Positions 1-8,707 of a stretch of 64,000 bases of DNA are shown piece after piece. The translations under genes were made by a program, and so were the position numbers. Source of the stretch: an uncultured Oscillospiraceae bacterium (GTDB lineage Bacteria; Bacillota; Clostridia; Saccharofermentanales; DTU023); the NCBI GenBank assembly GCA_964398655.1, contig CAYNNG010000001.1, positions 27,182 through 91,181 of the forward strand. The letters run 5' to 3'. The notes below the pieces were generated by a model, which did no database searches, had not been told where the DNA came from, and saw only the letters and a list, made by a program, of their open reading frames with translations. How positions within the stretch are numbered: the first letter of the stretch is position 1; each line of letters begins with the position of its first letter.

Positions 1-1863
1 GGCCTCATAGGCTGCGAGGTTTGCTAGGCCGAAAGCTTGCAGGAGGGAATCCAACTGGGCCTGCTGTTTCTGCCATTGCTTTTCGGCTTCCTCTAGTTGA
101 CCCGCCAAAGCGGCGCTTTGCGCCTTGTAGTCTTGCTCTTGGCCTTGGACCTGGTCTTGCTCTATTTCCAGCTTCTCCTGATAGGCCTGCCAGGCCCGCT
201 GGTTTTGCTCCCAAGCTGCTAAGGCTTTTTGGGCTTCGTTCAGGCTGGGATAGGCCAAGCCTTCCCTCCTGTCCTGGACACTAGCTGTGACCAGGTCTAG
301 CTTCTGCTGGAAGAGTTCCAAGTCTCTCTGGGCTCCGGCCAGAGCCTGGGCAGCCTCCTGAGCTTGAGTTTCCAGTTCCTGCCGACCAGGGGTTTCCCCT
401 TCACTCCCTACTAGGAGCACCGCTTCAATGTCCTCGCCGCTCGCCGGCTGGGGGTGGTGGACAGAGCCGCAAACGGGGCAGGGTTCTCCTTCCCTGAGAG
501 TCGCGGCCAGCATGCGAGCCTGGTGAGCCAAGTCTGTCAGGCGCTGGGCCTCTTGGGCCTGCCAATCTGCCCAGGCTGCGGCGGCTTGTTCCGCCTGCGC
601 TTGGGCCTGCTGGCAAAGTTTTTGCTGCTGGGCGAGTTTGGCTTGTACCGTCTTTAGCTCCGCTTGCTCGGCCGCCAGCTTTTCATATTGTCCCAAGCTG
701 GCCTGGAGCAGCTGGGCTTGTTGAGTCTGGCTCTGCCTGGTCTCTGCCTGTTGCTGGAATTCGCTGAGCTGACGGTCCAGTTTTGCTTTCCGGGGTGCCA
801 GGATTTGAGCATATGTGTCTTGTAATTTTTGCTGGGCCTGCTTCAACTCTTCCCAGCGGGCCTTCGCCAGGTCAAAGTCCACCCGACGGGCGGTGACCTT
901 GGCTAAAAGGTCAAGATCCTGAGTCAGGCCCTGCTCCTTCTGGTCTAGCCCTTGCGCGGCCTGCTCCGCGGCGGCCAGGTCCCGCTGGAGGTCCTGCCAA
1001 CGCTGAGCAAGCTCCAGACTTTCTTTAGCCTTGGCGATCTCCAGGGTGAGCTTGGCTTGTTTGGCTTCAAGGGCTTGCTTTTGCGTCGTCTGCTGAACCA
1101 TCAGCCCAGCGTCGCGTTCCGCTTCTTGGGCCAATAAAGCTAGGGGAATTGCTAAGTCCAAAGGCTGGGTCGCATCCTGCTGGCGTAAGTCTTGCCAGGT
1201 CTCCAGGAGGTCTGGCGACACCAAGTTAAGCGATTCCAAGGAAAAACGCGCCTGGGCCCTGGCCTGCTGCAAGTCTTGCCTGGCTTGCCCCCAGAGTTCT
1301 TTGAGCCGGGTTTGGAAAAGCGGCAGCTGGTCCGTTTGGAAAATCCGGCGCAGGATATCCGAGCGTTTACTAGAGTCTGCTTTGAGGAAGTTAGAAAATT
1401 CACCCTGGGCTAGCATGGAAACCTGGCGGAACTGGTCCACTCCAATCCCCAGGATATCCTGCATCTGCCGCTTAACCTCATCTGGCTTAGTGAGAATGCG
1501 GCCATCCGGCAGCTTAAGCACCTGCTCAGCCTGCTGCGTGGTAGTACCCGTGCCAATTTTTTTAGCCCGCTCATAAGTGGGGATGCGCTCAATCATGTAA
1601 TTTTTGCCCTGCTGGATAAACTCCAGGCGGACAAAGGTATCCAGGTGGGGATCAGCCAGGTTGGACCGCAGGTTGCGCTGGGTGCGCCAAGTCCCGGAAG
1701 CCTGGCCGAAAAGAGCATAGCTCAGGGCGTCAAAAATCGTGGTTTTTCCTGCCCCTGTGGGGCCAGAAATCAAAAAGAGGCCGGAGTCCAAGTTGCGAAA
1801 GTCCACCGTCTGCTGGTCTACGAAGGGGCCAAAAGCCTGCATAGTTAAAACCAGGGGTCTCAC
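1..1863 (-). CDS. sbcC: SbcC/Rad50-family exonuclease ATPase subunit (partial; C-terminus lies beyond window start)
   Basis: Hand translation. The minus-strand frame is open from GTG at 1863 (overlapping the sbcD stop as GTGA) to position 1; the first ~420 nt were checked codon by codon. It is absent from the ORF track because there is no stop in the window. The N-terminus reads VRPLVLTMQAFGPFVDQQTVDF..LFLISGPTGAGKTT (Walker A). A long Q/A/L/E coiled coil follows, with an in-frame zinc-hook CPVCGS at 463-480. Confidence 0.85.
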   Translation of the reverse strand, partial: MRPLVLTMQAFGPFVDQQTVDFRNLDSGLFLISGPTGAGKTTIFDALSYALFGQASGTWRTQRNLRSNLADPHLDTFVRLEFIQQGKNYMIERIPTYERAKKIGTGTTTQQAEQVLKLPDGRILTKPDEVKRQMQDILGIGVDQFRQVSMLAQGEFSNFLKADSSKRSDILRRIFQTDQLPLFQTRLKELWGQARQDLQQARAQARFSLESLNLVSPDLLETWQDLRQQDATQPLDLAIPLALLAQEAERDAGLMVQQTTQKQALEAKQAKLTLEIAKAKESLELAQRWQDLQRDLAAAEQAAQGLDQKEQGLTQDLDLLAKVTARRVDFDLAKARWEELKQAQQKLQDTYAQILAPRKAKLDRQLSEFQQQAETRQSQTQQAQLLQASLGQYEKLAAEQAELKTVQAKLAQQQKLCQQAQAQAEQAAAAWADWQAQEAQRLTDLAHQARMLAATLREGEPCPVCGSVHHPQPASGEDIEAVLLVGSEGETPGRQELETQAQEAAQALAGAQRDLELFQQKLDLVTASVQDRREGLAYPSLNEAQKALAAWEQNQRAWQAYQEKLEIEQDQVQGQEQDYKAQSAALAGQLEEAEKQWQKQQAQLDSLLQAFGLANLAAYEA

Positions 1864-3038
1864 GCTTTACTCTCTCCCTGTAAATCAGCTAATACCTGGG
1901 CGACCACCGCGGCTTGCTGGGGATTCATGGCATGGCCGGTCTCTTGCTGGAAAAAGCTGGCAAAAAGGGCGGGAAAATCCTGGGCGGAAAAGGCCTGTCC
2001 CGCAGAGTGCTCCGCCGTTTCGGCTGCCCGGGCATAGCCCAAAAAGCTCAGGCCGCAGAGCCTAGGATAAACAGCTTGCAACTTGAGCGAGGCATCTAGG
2101 ACCAGCTGCTGGTCCGTAAGTTCGGCAAAAATATAGGCCTCCTGCGGGTGCTCTTGGCCGGCAGCCAGGAGTTCTGCACAGGTCCCTTTAACCTTGTGCA
2201 CACGATAAAGGGGCTTTAAGGGTCTGGCTTCCCAGGTCAGGTGTCCGGCCTGGCTCTCAATCAGGATGACCCTTTTATCCTGGTCCGCCTCGGAGGCGGA
2301 ATAAGCTAGGGGGGAACCCGGGTAGACCGCATTTGGACCGACCTCTTGCGGCCTATGCAGGTGGCCTAGGGCCACATAGTCAAAGTCTGAAAAGAGCTGA
2401 ACCGGCAGCTGCTCCACCATACCCAGGGAGGGGAATTCTGATTCGGAAACCATACTATCCTGGGAGGAATTAACCAACCAGAGGTGGGCCAGGAGCAGGG
2501 AGGGCACGCCTTCCGCCCGACGCTGGCGCACCCGGTCAAGTGCGGGGCCCAGGTATTCTGCCATAAGGTCAGGATACTTGGCCTGGCTGTAGTCAGCTTG
2601 CTCATCTTCATTAGTCAGGATGGCCCTTAAGTCATACCGCCTCGTGTGGGGCAGGAGGTAGAGGTCCAGACGGTCTTCCCCTTCTCCCAGGCAAAAGACC
2701 TCCGGGCGGGCCTGGGGCTGCGTGGCCAAATGGATGCCCTGTTGGGCAAAGAGTCGACTGCCGTAGCCTAAGCGGCTTGCGGAGTCATGGTTGCCTGACA
2801 CGAGGAAGAGCTGGATGCCTTCGGCAGCAAGCTGGGAGATAAAGCGGTCAAAGAGCTCTAAGGCCTCCTGGGGAGGATTTGACCTGTCAAAAACATCGCC
2901 CGCCAGGACCAGGGCTTGAACCCCTTCACGGCGGGCGATCTCAAGAATTTCTTGCAAAATGTGCTCTTGGTCCTCCCGGAGGGAAAAACCACTGAGACTT
3001 TTACCTAAATGCAGATCAGCAAAATGAAGGATCCGCAT
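1860..3038 (-). CDS. sbcD: SbcD/Mre11-family exonuclease nuclease subunit
   Basis: MRILHFADLHLGK, GDVFD and SGNHD calcineurin-like phosphoesterase motifs. Overlaps the sbcC start. Confidence 0.9.
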   Translation of the reverse strand: MRILHFADLHLGKSLSGFSLREDQEHILQEILEIARREGVQALVLAGDVFDRSNPPQEALELFDRFISQLAAEGIQLFLVSGNHDSASRLGYGSRLFAQQGIHLATQPQARPEVFCLGEGEDRLDLYLLPHTRRYDLRAILTNEDEQADYSQAKYPDLMAEYLGPALDRVRQRRAEGVPSLLLAHLWLVNSSQDSMVSESEFPSLGMVEQLPVQLFSDFDYVALGHLHRPQEVGPNAVYPGSPLAYSASEADQDKRVILIESQAGHLTWEARPLKPLYRVHKVKGTCAELLAAGQEHPQEAYIFAELTDQQLVLDASLKLQAVYPRLCGLSFLGYARAAETAEHSAGQAFSAQDFPALFASFFQQETGHAMNPQQAAVVAQVLADLQGESKA

Positions 3039-3041
3039 GTC

Positions 3042-4100
3042 CTACCCTACCAGAGTAACGAGGAAGAGCAGGATGAAATAGAGCCAGTAGCGGCTGGACC
3101 TGGACTTGGGATAAATGGAATCCAGGACATAGGTAAAGCTGAAGAAGAGCGTGTACTTGGCCAGGACCAGGAGGGTGCCGGCAAAACCCACGGAAATCAG
3201 GGAGATAAAGATGATCACGAAGTGCAGGATGGTGTGCAAGACCGTGGTATAGGATATCAGCTTGAGATACTGCAGGACCGGCAATTTAGCCTCACCACCC
3301 ATGCCGGAAAAGATCCAGGCGGCCAAGAAATAGAGTAAGAGGACCAGGGCCTGCTGGACCAGGGCAAGACCAAAGCTGGAACCCCAGTTAAAGGTCTCGG
3401 CGCCCATGAGTCCACCAAAGAGTCCTCCCACCTCACCCAAGCTAGCCAGAGCAGCTGCCACGCCTTGGGAGGCAAAGGTGGCTTGTGCCAGGGCATAGAA
3501 GAGGATATTTGCGACTAAGAGGATAACCCAGGAGACTAAGGATAAGTCTTGGTTCAGGGCCTTGCTGGGGTTAGAGGAGAAGTAATGCTTGAAGAGACCG
3601 GAAAATTCTCCGATCTGCTTGTTGAAATCATAGTTACTTCCTGCAGGCTTGCCAGGTCTGGCGGGGCGAGGTCCGTGAGGACGCGGGCGGCCTTGCTGCG
3701 GGCCCTGAGGGCGGCTGGCATAGGCCTGACCTGCCTGATAAGCATCAAATTGGCCTGTCGCCTGGTTATTGTAGGGGGCCTCATAAGGATTCCCTGCACC
3801 CGGCAGAGGTCCCGTAAATCCTGCCTGGTTCATAGGGTTATAGTCTCCAGCCTGGGGGTTATAGGGGCCTGTATAATGGTTTACTTCAGGGCTGGGCTGG
3901 TAGCCTGGGCCCTGGGGTTGGGGATTGTAATCAAAATTTTGGCCAGGATTATAAGCGCCTTGCGGCTGGCCTTGAGGGTTTACCGGAGGAAGGTCCTCAA
4001 AAGGGGGCTCTGGTTGGTTGGTCCGGGGCATACCCGCGGGCTGCGAGTTATAAGGCATAGGGTTTGGACCGTGAGGGCGCCCACTATTGTCTTGGTTCAT
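3042..4100 (-). CDS. Membrane protein with a ~170-aa P/Q/N/G/Y-rich low-complexity N-terminus and a multi-helix C-terminal domain
   Basis: 352-aa ORF. The N-terminal half has repetitive YNPQ/GPQQG composition. The C-terminal half has several hydrophobic helices (VSWVILLVANILFYAL, LVLLLYFLAAWIF, HFVIIFISLISVGFAG, YWLYFILLFLVTLVG). Its stop lies 3 nt before the sbcD ATG. Confidence 0.6.
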   Translation of the reverse strand: MNQDNSGRPHGPNPMPYNSQPAGMPRTNQPEPPFEDLPPVNPQGQPQGAYNPGQNFDYNPQPQGPGYQPSPEVNHYTGPYNPQAGDYNPMNQAGFTGPLPGAGNPYEAPYNNQATGQFDAYQAGQAYASRPQGPQQGRPRPHGPRPARPGKPAGSNYDFNKQIGEFSGLFKHYFSSNPSKALNQDLSLVSWVILLVANILFYALAQATFASQGVAAALASLGEVGGLFGGLMGAETFNWGSSFGLALVQQALVLLLYFLAAWIFSGMGGEAKLPVLQYLKLISYTTVLHTILHFVIIFISLISVGFAGTLLVLAKYTLFFSFTYVLDSIYPKSRSSRYWLYFILLFLVTLVG

Positions 4101-4228
4101 TGCTGTACCTCCTCAACGCAAGCATCCTCATAAATATACACAGAGGACAGGCGCTTGCGTAATAGATTTGTAAGAATACGTAAACATTTTATACATAAAT
4201 GGGCATTTGAGCAAATTATTGCGCCGTC

Positions 4229-5293
4229 TTAGCCCTCATAAGCCACTGGTACGGGGCTGGGGGCAATTAAGCGGTCAGCTCGAATATCCACTTGTAAGAC
4301 ATTGATTGAGGTATATTGGCTGACATCAGCCGCAACCTGGGCCTGGGCGGCCCGCATCACCTCTTGGGCGGGATAGCCGTAATGCAGGGAAATCGTAATC
4401 TCGAAGGTGGCTCCGTAGGGCTCCTTATTAGCCCGGAAATGCCGCATTTGGGCCACACCTTCAACCTGTTTGAGGGAAATACGGACCATCTGGGCCATGG
4501 CGTCATCCGAAATTGAGTAGGAGCCCAGGGTGGAGAAGGTGGGCCTGACCACGGTCCTCTCCCCCTCGCCTCCAAAGCTCTTGTCGCTGCGGTCAAAACG
4601 GCGGCGGAGTTTATTGAGCGGCTCGGCTAGAGAACCGGAAAACTCATGCCTGATCTCCATGGTAGGCACGGGGATCGTGTGCTTGCCTTGGGTCATGCGG
4701 GTTTCCTTGGCTTCCCGCCGCTCTTCTTCCGTAGAGATATCCTCAATCCGGATGAGCATGGAAGGCTTGGCCAGGTAAAGGCTTTGGCAGATACGGTCAA
4801 TCATCTCCCGAGAGGTGCCCAGGATCATGAGGGCCGGCGGCATTTCCTCCAGGAGGGCCCGCCGCATATTCTGAGCCCGAGTTTCGTCCGCGAAGATGGC
4901 CGCCTTGACCGATTCAATCTTGGTGGCGGCCTTTTTGGCTGATGAGCCGGCCACAATAGAGGACCCGTGGATGAGGATGCCGTCATCAATAATGTAGTTA
5001 ATCCCGTTTTCCTTGGCCACCTTGATCGCCCGTGTGGATTTGCCCGTGCCCGAGGGTCCCACAAAGGCTACCACGGCAATTTGGCTGAGGTGCTGGCGGA
5101 TCTGTTCTTCCGTCTCCAGCTCTGCAGACCGGTTCATCTCATTAACGGAAGATTTCACCGCCGAGGCGATGCGGCCCAGGGGATTAAAAAGAATTTCCTC
5201 CGCCTTAACCGGGGGCAAGCGGTCCTGACTAGTCTCCGAGCTCTCTCGGGTGGAGGACCTGTCCCGTCGTTTATGGAAGAGGAAATCAAACAT
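4229..5293 (-). CDS. P-loop NTPase domain fused to an Asp23/Gls24-like C-terminal domain
   Basis: Walker A VGPSGTGKST. The C-terminal ~110 aa (YSISDDAMAQMVRISLKQVEGV..FEITISLHYGYPAQEVMRAAQAQVAADVSQYTSINVLQVDIRADRL) follows the Asp23 family pattern. Confidence 0.7.
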   Translation of the reverse strand: MFDFLFHKRRDRSSTRESSETSQDRLPPVKAEEILFNPLGRIASAVKSSVNEMNRSAELETEEQIRQHLSQIAVVAFVGPSGTGKSTRAIKVAKENGINYIIDDGILIHGSSIVAGSSAKKAATKIESVKAAIFADETRAQNMRRALLEEMPPALMILGTSREMIDRICQSLYLAKPSMLIRIEDISTEEERREAKETRMTQGKHTIPVPTMEIRHEFSGSLAEPLNKLRRRFDRSDKSFGGEGERTVVRPTFSTLGSYSISDDAMAQMVRISLKQVEGVAQMRHFRANKEPYGATFEITISLHYGYPAQEVMRAAQAQVAADVSQYTSINVLQVDIRADRLIAPSPVPVAYEG

Positions 5294-5354
5294 GGTTAAA
5301 TTCTCTTTTCTGCGCCTGTGGTATGCAGGGCAAGGTTAGGCCTGGATGGACTGC

Positions 5355-6098
5355 CTAGTCTTCGTCAGCGTCCTCGGGCATATCCCAGTTATGCCAAATA
5401 TCGTTGACGTCTTCGAAGTCTTCGAGGTTTTCCAGGAGCTTTTCCATTTTGGCCTGATCTTCAGGATCATCCAGCTTGGTCATGGTCAGCGGCTTATAAT
5501 CCACGCTGCCATCCTCAATGGCGTAACCCATGTCTTGCAGGGCATTCATGACCTGGTGAAATTCGTTAGGAGCCGTAACTACTTCATAGTAGTTATCCTG
5601 TACGGTGATGTCTTCCGCGCCGGCATCCAGGGCTTCCAGCATGACGGTTTCATCATCAGGATAGCGCTCCTTATCCAGGATAATTGAGCCTTTCCGTTCA
5701 AACATGAAACCTACAGAACCTGACTCGCCCAGGTTACCGCCTGACTTGTCAAAAAGGTGGCGGACTTCGCCTGCGGTGCGGTTACGGTTGTCCGTCAAGC
5801 TACGCAGAATAACCGCTACACCGCCAGGGCCGTAGCCCTCATAGATCATCTCATCAAAGTCGGCAGAATCACTGCTGGAGGCCTTGCTGATAGAGCGGTT
5901 GATACTATCGTTAGGCATATTGTTGGACTTGGCCTTACGGATAGCATCTTCCAGGGCGCGGTTGGTGCTGGGATCGGGCCCACCATGCTTAACCGCCATC
6001 TGGATTTCTTTACCCAGTTTGGTGAAAATCTGGCCTCTGGCAGCATCTTGGGCACCCTTGCGGCGCTTGATATTATTCCATTTTGAATGTCCGGACAT
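5355..6098 (-). CDS. yebC: YebC/PmpR family DNA-binding transcriptional regulator
   Basis: MSGHSKWNNIKRRKGAQDAARGQIFTKLGKEI, the family-typical N-terminus. 247 aa. Confidence 0.92.
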   Translation of the reverse strand: MSGHSKWNNIKRRKGAQDAARGQIFTKLGKEIQMAVKHGGPDPSTNRALEDAIRKAKSNNMPNDSINRSISKASSSDSADFDEMIYEGYGPGGVAVILRSLTDNRNRTAGEVRHLFDKSGGNLGESGSVGFMFERKGSIILDKERYPDDETVMLEALDAGAEDITVQDNYYEVVTAPNEFHQVMNALQDMGYAIEDGSVDYKPLTMTKLDDPEDQAKMEKLLENLEDFEDVNDIWHNWDMPEDADED

Positions 6099-6291
6099 AT
6101 AAACTCCTTTTCAAGTCAGCTTTGAACTCAGTCTTGAGTCACCATTAACTTAATAGCCTGGTTTAGAGGCGCTGCGCGCTCAAGGTCAAGCTATTAAGAA
6201 GTGGGCTGCTCTAAATTTTGAAGGTCCGCGGTCCGTGAGTGGGCCTCAGTCCCTTATAAACTAAACTTTATTATAGCAAATGCCCTAGAGC

Positions 6292-7011
6292 CTAGTCGAT
6301 ACCCCTTGGGGCATAGGCTAAACCCTCCGGGGCGCAGATGCCCTCCCCTTGACTTTGCTCCGCTACCATAGCCCGCAGTTCCTCTTCGCGTTCGGGAGGC
6401 AGGGCTACCAACCATTCCACATCCAAGCCGAACTCTGCCTCTTCTTGGTGAAAACCCGCCGCATCCAGCTTGTAGCGCAGGCTGTCATAAACTGCGTAAG
6501 GCACCATCACCCGCATCTTGAGCTGCAAAACCATGGTCACCAGGCCCGCAGCAGCCATAGCCTGGGCCGCCGCCTGGGTGTAGCACTTAACCAGGCCACC
6601 CGTGCCCAGGAGCACACCGCCAAAATACCGGACCACCAAAATTTGCGCCTGGTCCACCCCGCCCTTGCGCAGGACATCTAAAACCGGCATACCTGCCGTG
6701 CCCTTTGGTTCGCCATCATCAGAATACTTGCCCCCAATCTCCGGGAAAATATGCCGCCAGGCATACACCCAATGCGTCGCGTCCGGAAAATCCGCCCGGC
6801 ACTGGGCCAGGCGCGCCTCCGCCTCCGCCCCGTTTTCGATGGGCAGGCAAATACCAATAAAGCGCGACCGGCGCTCCTCAAACTCAACCTGCGCTTCTTT
6901 TGCGACAGTCGTCCAAGAAGCAGGTCCGCGATAATCTGGGGGCAAAATTTTAGGCATGAGTTTATTGTAGCAAATTAGCAGCTGAACAAACTTATCAAGC
7001 GGGTTTACCAC
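6292..7011 (-). CDS. yigZ: YigZ / IMPACT family protein
   Basis: ERRSRFIGICLPIENGAEAEARL..DATHWVYAWR..YSDDGEPKGTAG. The start is uncertain: GTG at 7011 or ATG at 6957, neither with a clear RBS. Confidence 0.8.
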   Translation of the reverse strand: MVNPLDKFVQLLICYNKLMPKILPPDYRGPASWTTVAKEAQVEFEERRSRFIGICLPIENGAEAEARLAQCRADFPDATHWVYAWRHIFPEIGGKYSDDGEPKGTAGMPVLDVLRKGGVDQAQILVVRYFGGVLLGTGGLVKCYTQAAAQAMAAAGLVTMVLQLKMRVMVPYAVYDSLRYKLDAAGFHQEEAEFGLDVEWLVALPPEREEELRAMVAEQSQGEGICAPEGLAYAPRGID

Positions 7012-7184
7012 AAGTAGAGGAGGCGCTGTTGTGCGCGCCGACGACGCCTTGAGGTAACCCCCGTCCCTGTTTATACTCTGCCACTGGCGGAAGAAGCATT
7101 GTTGTACGCGCCGCCGGCACCTTGTGGCAGCCCGCGCCAGAATAAACTGCCTAAAACGCCTTCTATTGTGGTATTCTTATCTCT

Positions 7185-8681
7185 ATGCAAGGCATCTTTC
7201 TCAACGACCCTAAGGTCCCTAAAGGCCCACGTTTTTATCTGCGCGCCCTCGCCATTTTGGTCCTCATTGGTGTGCAGGTGGGGATTTTTTTCCTGCTCTA
7301 CCGCAACAACCAGGACACGCAAGACCAGGAGCCCCTGGTCACAGACCCTCCGCGCCCGGTGGTTACCACCGCCCCTCCACCGCCTCTAGCCCTTTCGATT
7401 AAAGATGAGGCCATGCAAGAACTCTTAAATGACTACTTCGGTCCCCTGCCCCGGGTCAAGGCAGAAGATAGGAAAGCTTACCAAAGTCTTTACCCTGTTA
7501 AGGGGATTTATCTGGGTACAGGTAAGGATTTAGATGCCGCCCTGGACCTGGCGCAAACTACAGAAGTTAATGCTTTCGTCATTGACGTCAAGGAGTCTTG
7601 GGGCTTAACTTATAAGTCTAAAGTTCCCTTGGCCCAAGAGATGCAGGCGGATTCCGGCACCATCGACCTGGAATCCACCTTCGCCCGCTGCCATGAGGCT
7701 GGCGTGAAAGTGATCGCCCGCCTGGTTTGCTTCAAGGACGAAGTTATGCCTCAGGCCCGGCCCGACCTCTGTATCCAAGATAGCGAGGGCAACCTGCTCT
7801 ACTTCCCCTTGGAAGGTGGCCTGGCCTTTGCCGACCCCTACAACCCCGAAGTGTGGGCCTACCTTATGGATATCGCCCGCGAGGTGGTAGCTATGGGGGC
7901 GGATGAAATTCAGTTTGACTATGTCCGCTTCCCCACAGGCTCACCGGAGTCAGGGGCAGCTCCGAGTTTTGCATCGGTTGAGGAAAAAATCCCCAAGCAG
8001 TACGCGATCAACCGCTTTCTGGAGACCGCCAGAATTGAAATTCAGGAAAAGCTCGGAGTGCCAATTTCCGCCGACCTCTTTTCCATCGTCATGTCTTCCG
8101 AAGTAGATGGCCAGCTCATCGGGCAAAATTGGTCCACCATCGGGCTGACCGGGATTGACTGCATTTGCCCCATGATTTATCCCTCTCACTACGCCAACGC
8201 CTCCCTAGGCAGCCAAGGCAATGGGGTCGGTTCCTACATTGGTCAGGATTTTTTCACCGCACCCGACACGGAACCCTATGCCGTGATTGAGAACGCGATT
8301 ATTGATGGGGAAAGAGCCAGTAAGCAGGCCGGTTACACCCGGCTGCGCCCCTGGCTGCAGGCTTTTACCGCCTCCTGGCTCCCCCAGGGCTATTTTATTG
8401 AATACAACGGAGCGGAAATACGCAAGCAGATCGAAGCCGTCTATGCGGCCGGCTACGGGGAATGGCTGCTTTGGGACGCGGAATACACCTATCCGCGAGA
8501 TGCTTTTATTTCAGCGGACGAAGCGAGAGTACAGGAGAGTCAGCAGGCAGTGGCCAGCGAGGCTCAAGCGAGCGAGCTGGCCTCCGAACAGGCTTCAGAA
8601 TCTGAGGCTCTGGCCGAATTGGGCGGTGAGGGCCAACCGGTCTTCCCTGTTGCGACTGCTCCCCTGGGGCAAGGACATTAG
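7185..8681 (+). CDS. Membrane-anchored putative glycoside hydrolase (DUF4015-like TIM-barrel) with a Q/A/S/E-rich tail
   Basis: N-terminal TM helix (LRALAILVLIGVQVGIFFLLY). VKGIYLGTG..VNAFVIDVKESWG..IQFDYVRFP is the pattern of the DUF4015 putative hydrolase family. The C-terminus has low-complexity QASE repeats. Confidence 0.65.
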   Translation: MQGIFLNDPKVPKGPRFYLRALAILVLIGVQVGIFFLLYRNNQDTQDQEPLVTDPPRPVVTTAPPPPLALSIKDEAMQELLNDYFGPLPRVKAEDRKAYQSLYPVKGIYLGTGKDLDAALDLAQTTEVNAFVIDVKESWGLTYKSKVPLAQEMQADSGTIDLESTFARCHEAGVKVIARLVCFKDEVMPQARPDLCIQDSEGNLLYFPLEGGLAFADPYNPEVWAYLMDIAREVVAMGADEIQFDYVRFPTGSPESGAAPSFASVEEKIPKQYAINRFLETARIEIQEKLGVPISADLFSIVMSSEVDGQLIGQNWSTIGLTGIDCICPMIYPSHYANASLGSQGNGVGSYIGQDFFTAPDTEPYAVIENAIIDGERASKQAGYTRLRPWLQAFTASWLPQGYFIEYNGAEIRKQIEAVYAAGYGEWLLWDAEYTYPRDAFISADEARVQESQQAVASEAQASELASEQASESEALAELGGEGQPVFPVATAPLGQGH

Positions 8682-8707
8682 TCCTTCCTGTGATCAGCGC
8701 TAGATCA

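Noticed and set aside
5-1592. Short track ORFs in 1-1860 (e.g. 5-214, 425-616, 1152-1403, 1410-1592 minus strand, and plus-strand ones)
   Set aside because: All are out of frame with, or antisense to, the long open sbcC frame, which has the Walker A motif and the zinc hook.
1-3038. SbcCD as part of a defence island
   Set aside because: The flanks are housekeeping genes (yebC, yigZ, serS). There are no companion defence genes, mobile-element markers or compositional shift. This is a canonical chromosomal sbcDC pair.
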